Origin: Candidatus Bathyarchaeota archaeon
GTDB taxonomy: Archaea; Thermoproteota; Bathyarchaeia; Bathyarchaeales; Bathycorpusculaceae
DNA: 64,000 bases
Reading direction: 5' to 3'
Assembly (NCBI GenBank): GCA_963782525.1
Contig: CAWAKC010000003.1
Span: 32,001 to 96,000 of the forward strand
The position numbers were made by a program, and so were the translations under genes. Below, piece by piece: positions 62,571 to 64,000 of the stretch. How positions within the stretch are numbered: position 1 is the stretch's first letter; each line of letters opens with the position of its first letter. The notes beneath the pieces are model-generated. The model ran no database searches. It was not told the origin of the DNA and worked only from the letters and a program-made list of their open reading frames with translations.

Positions 62571-63377
62571 TTAGCGTTCTATCTTTAATGAAGTCATTGT
62601 TAGTGAACCGGCAACTGGTTTATCGTTGAAGAAAGTTATTTCTTCGTCTTCTTCTTTCAGTGCCAATGCATACAGCAGAGGCAGATAATGTTCAGGTGTT
62701 GGGATTGCTAAATCGAATGCCCTGCCTTGAGATCTGTAATCAATCAACTGCTGATGGTTATTGTTTACGATGAATTTTTTCATTCGGTTACTTGCTTCTA
62801 TTGCCCAGTCATAGCCAAAACCTGAGTCCAAGTTGTCCCAAGCAAGCAGGCCCAAGTTATGAACCATGTTTCCGCTTCCAACAATCAAAACATCTTTGCG
62901 AAGTGTCGACAACTCTTTTGATAAATCATAATGGAACTGGGCTGGTTTAGAATATTCCAAACTCATCTGCACTACTGGGACATCAGCCTCTGGAAAAATT
63001 CGTTTTAGAACAACCCAGCAGCCATGGTCAAGTCCCCAATCATAATCCAAGCTGACCTTTGTTTTAGTTACTAAATCCACAACTTCTTTAGCTAAAATTG
63101 GGTTGCCAGATGGGGGGTACTGTACCTGATACAATTGCGGAGGAAAACCGTAGAAATCATGAATAGTTTTGGGTTTATCCATTGCAGTGACGAAGGTGCC
63201 TTTGGTTTCCCAATGTGCAGAAACACATAGAACTGCTTTGGGTTTGGGAATTTTCTTTCTAATTTCTCTGAATCCCTCTACGAACTCGTTTTCTTCAATG
63301 CCGTTCATGGGGTTTCCGTGTCCCAAAAAGAGAACAGGCATTCGTTTTGCAGACTGGATGTCTTCTCTGCTTTTCAT
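62571..63377 (-). CDS. ygiD: 4,5-DOPA-type extradiol dioxygenase (YgiD-like)
   Basis: FLGHGNPM, SAHW, IHDFYGFP, WGLDHG, GSGNMVHNL, PTPEHYLP. Confidence 0.9.
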   Translation of the reverse strand: MKSREDIQSAKRMPVLFLGHGNPMNGIEENEFVEGFREIRKKIPKPKAVLCVSAHWETKGTFVTAMDKPKTIHDFYGFPPQLYQVQYPPSGNPILAKEVVDLVTKTKVSLDYDWGLDHGCWVVLKRIFPEADVPVVQMSLEYSKPAQFHYDLSKELSTLRKDVLIVGSGNMVHNLGLLAWDNLDSGFGYDWAIEASNRMKKFIVNNNHQQLIDYRSQGRAFDLAIPTPEHYLPLLYALALKEEDEEITFFNDKPVAGSLTMTSLKIER

Positions 63378-63541
63378 GAGTTTCGCCTCATTAAATTCTA
63401 TTTGAGAGATGGGATAAACCTTTTCTACTCAACTATTGATCTGCTTTTTGTATTTGCTTTCTTGCGCTCTCTTGCTGTTGTAGTGAGGCAGCAACCACAA
63501 ACGGTTATGTTATCAAACGCAAAACTATCTCTAGATTGCTA

Positions 63542-64000
63542 ATGTCGGATATAATTACTGTGAAGAATCTTGTTGAAATCTATTCTGACGGCACTAAAGC
63601 TGTGGACGATATCACTTTCAACGTGGCAGATGGCGAATTCTTTGGTTTTTTAGGTCCTAACGGCGCAGGGAAAAGTACCACCATCAAAATCCTGACCTCT
63701 CTACTCAGGAAAACTTCCGGAGAAGTTACAGTGGCAGGTTTTAACTTGGACAAAGATGCTGCTGCAATCCGTAAAATAATCGGTGTACAAAGTCAGGAAA
63801 CAACGGTTGACGGTGATCTTACAGGCAGAGAAAACATTGACTTGCAGGGTCATTTTCACCAGATGAAAACCAGCGACATAAAAGCAAGGGTTAATGAGCT
63901 TATAAAATTAGTTGGGCTCGAAGAGGCTGCCGATCGACGTGCCAGAAACTATTCTGGAGGCATGAAAAAACGGCTTGACCTTGCCACGGCTCTCGTTCAT
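63542..64000 (+). CDS. ABC transporter ATP-binding protein (DrrA-like), runs off the window
   Basis: GPNGAGKSTT and YSGGMKKRL read from ATG 63542. Confidence 0.9.
   Translation, partial: MSDIITVKNLVEIYSDGTKAVDDITFNVADGEFFGFLGPNGAGKSTTIKILTSLLRKTSGEVTVAGFNLDKDAAAIRKIIGVQSQETTVDGDLTGRENIDLQGHFHQMKTSDIKARVNELIKLVGLEEAADRRARNYSGGMKKRLDLATALVH

Overview
Archaeal chromosomal segment. Gene content (ArnR1-type wHTH proteins, NitrOD5/DUF3227-like domains, PAS kinase expansion, BHB-intron tRNA) suggests a TACK archaeon, probably Bathyarchaeia; this assignment is inference. 1-21 kb holds an MFS transporter, an anchored S53 protease and a PAS/histidine-kinase cluster. That cluster encloses a three-gene putative fibre operon whose signal peptidase is fused to a Zn ribbon and a NitrOD5-like domain. 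22-58.7 kb holds an intronless tRNA-Gly(GCC), then a decayed composite island. The island is marked by two copies of the 5' end of a second, intron-containing tRNA-Gly(GCC) at 58573-58678. It contains integrase, terminase and DNA-ligase remnants, an IS200/IS605 element, an ABC-ATPase/GNAT fusion, XPB-Bax1, two TA-like modules, FprA and a TusA-IscS-IscU-DsrE operon. An IS5-like element lies just to its left. The most notable cargo is an apparently intact cbb3-type (family C) cytochrome c oxidase cluster with CcmF, bracketed by 28-bp palindromic sites. 59-64 kb holds regulators, a MinD/ParA ATPase, MobA, a DODA-type dioxygenase and a truncated ABC ATPase. All family assignments come from motif recognition by eye, not database searches.
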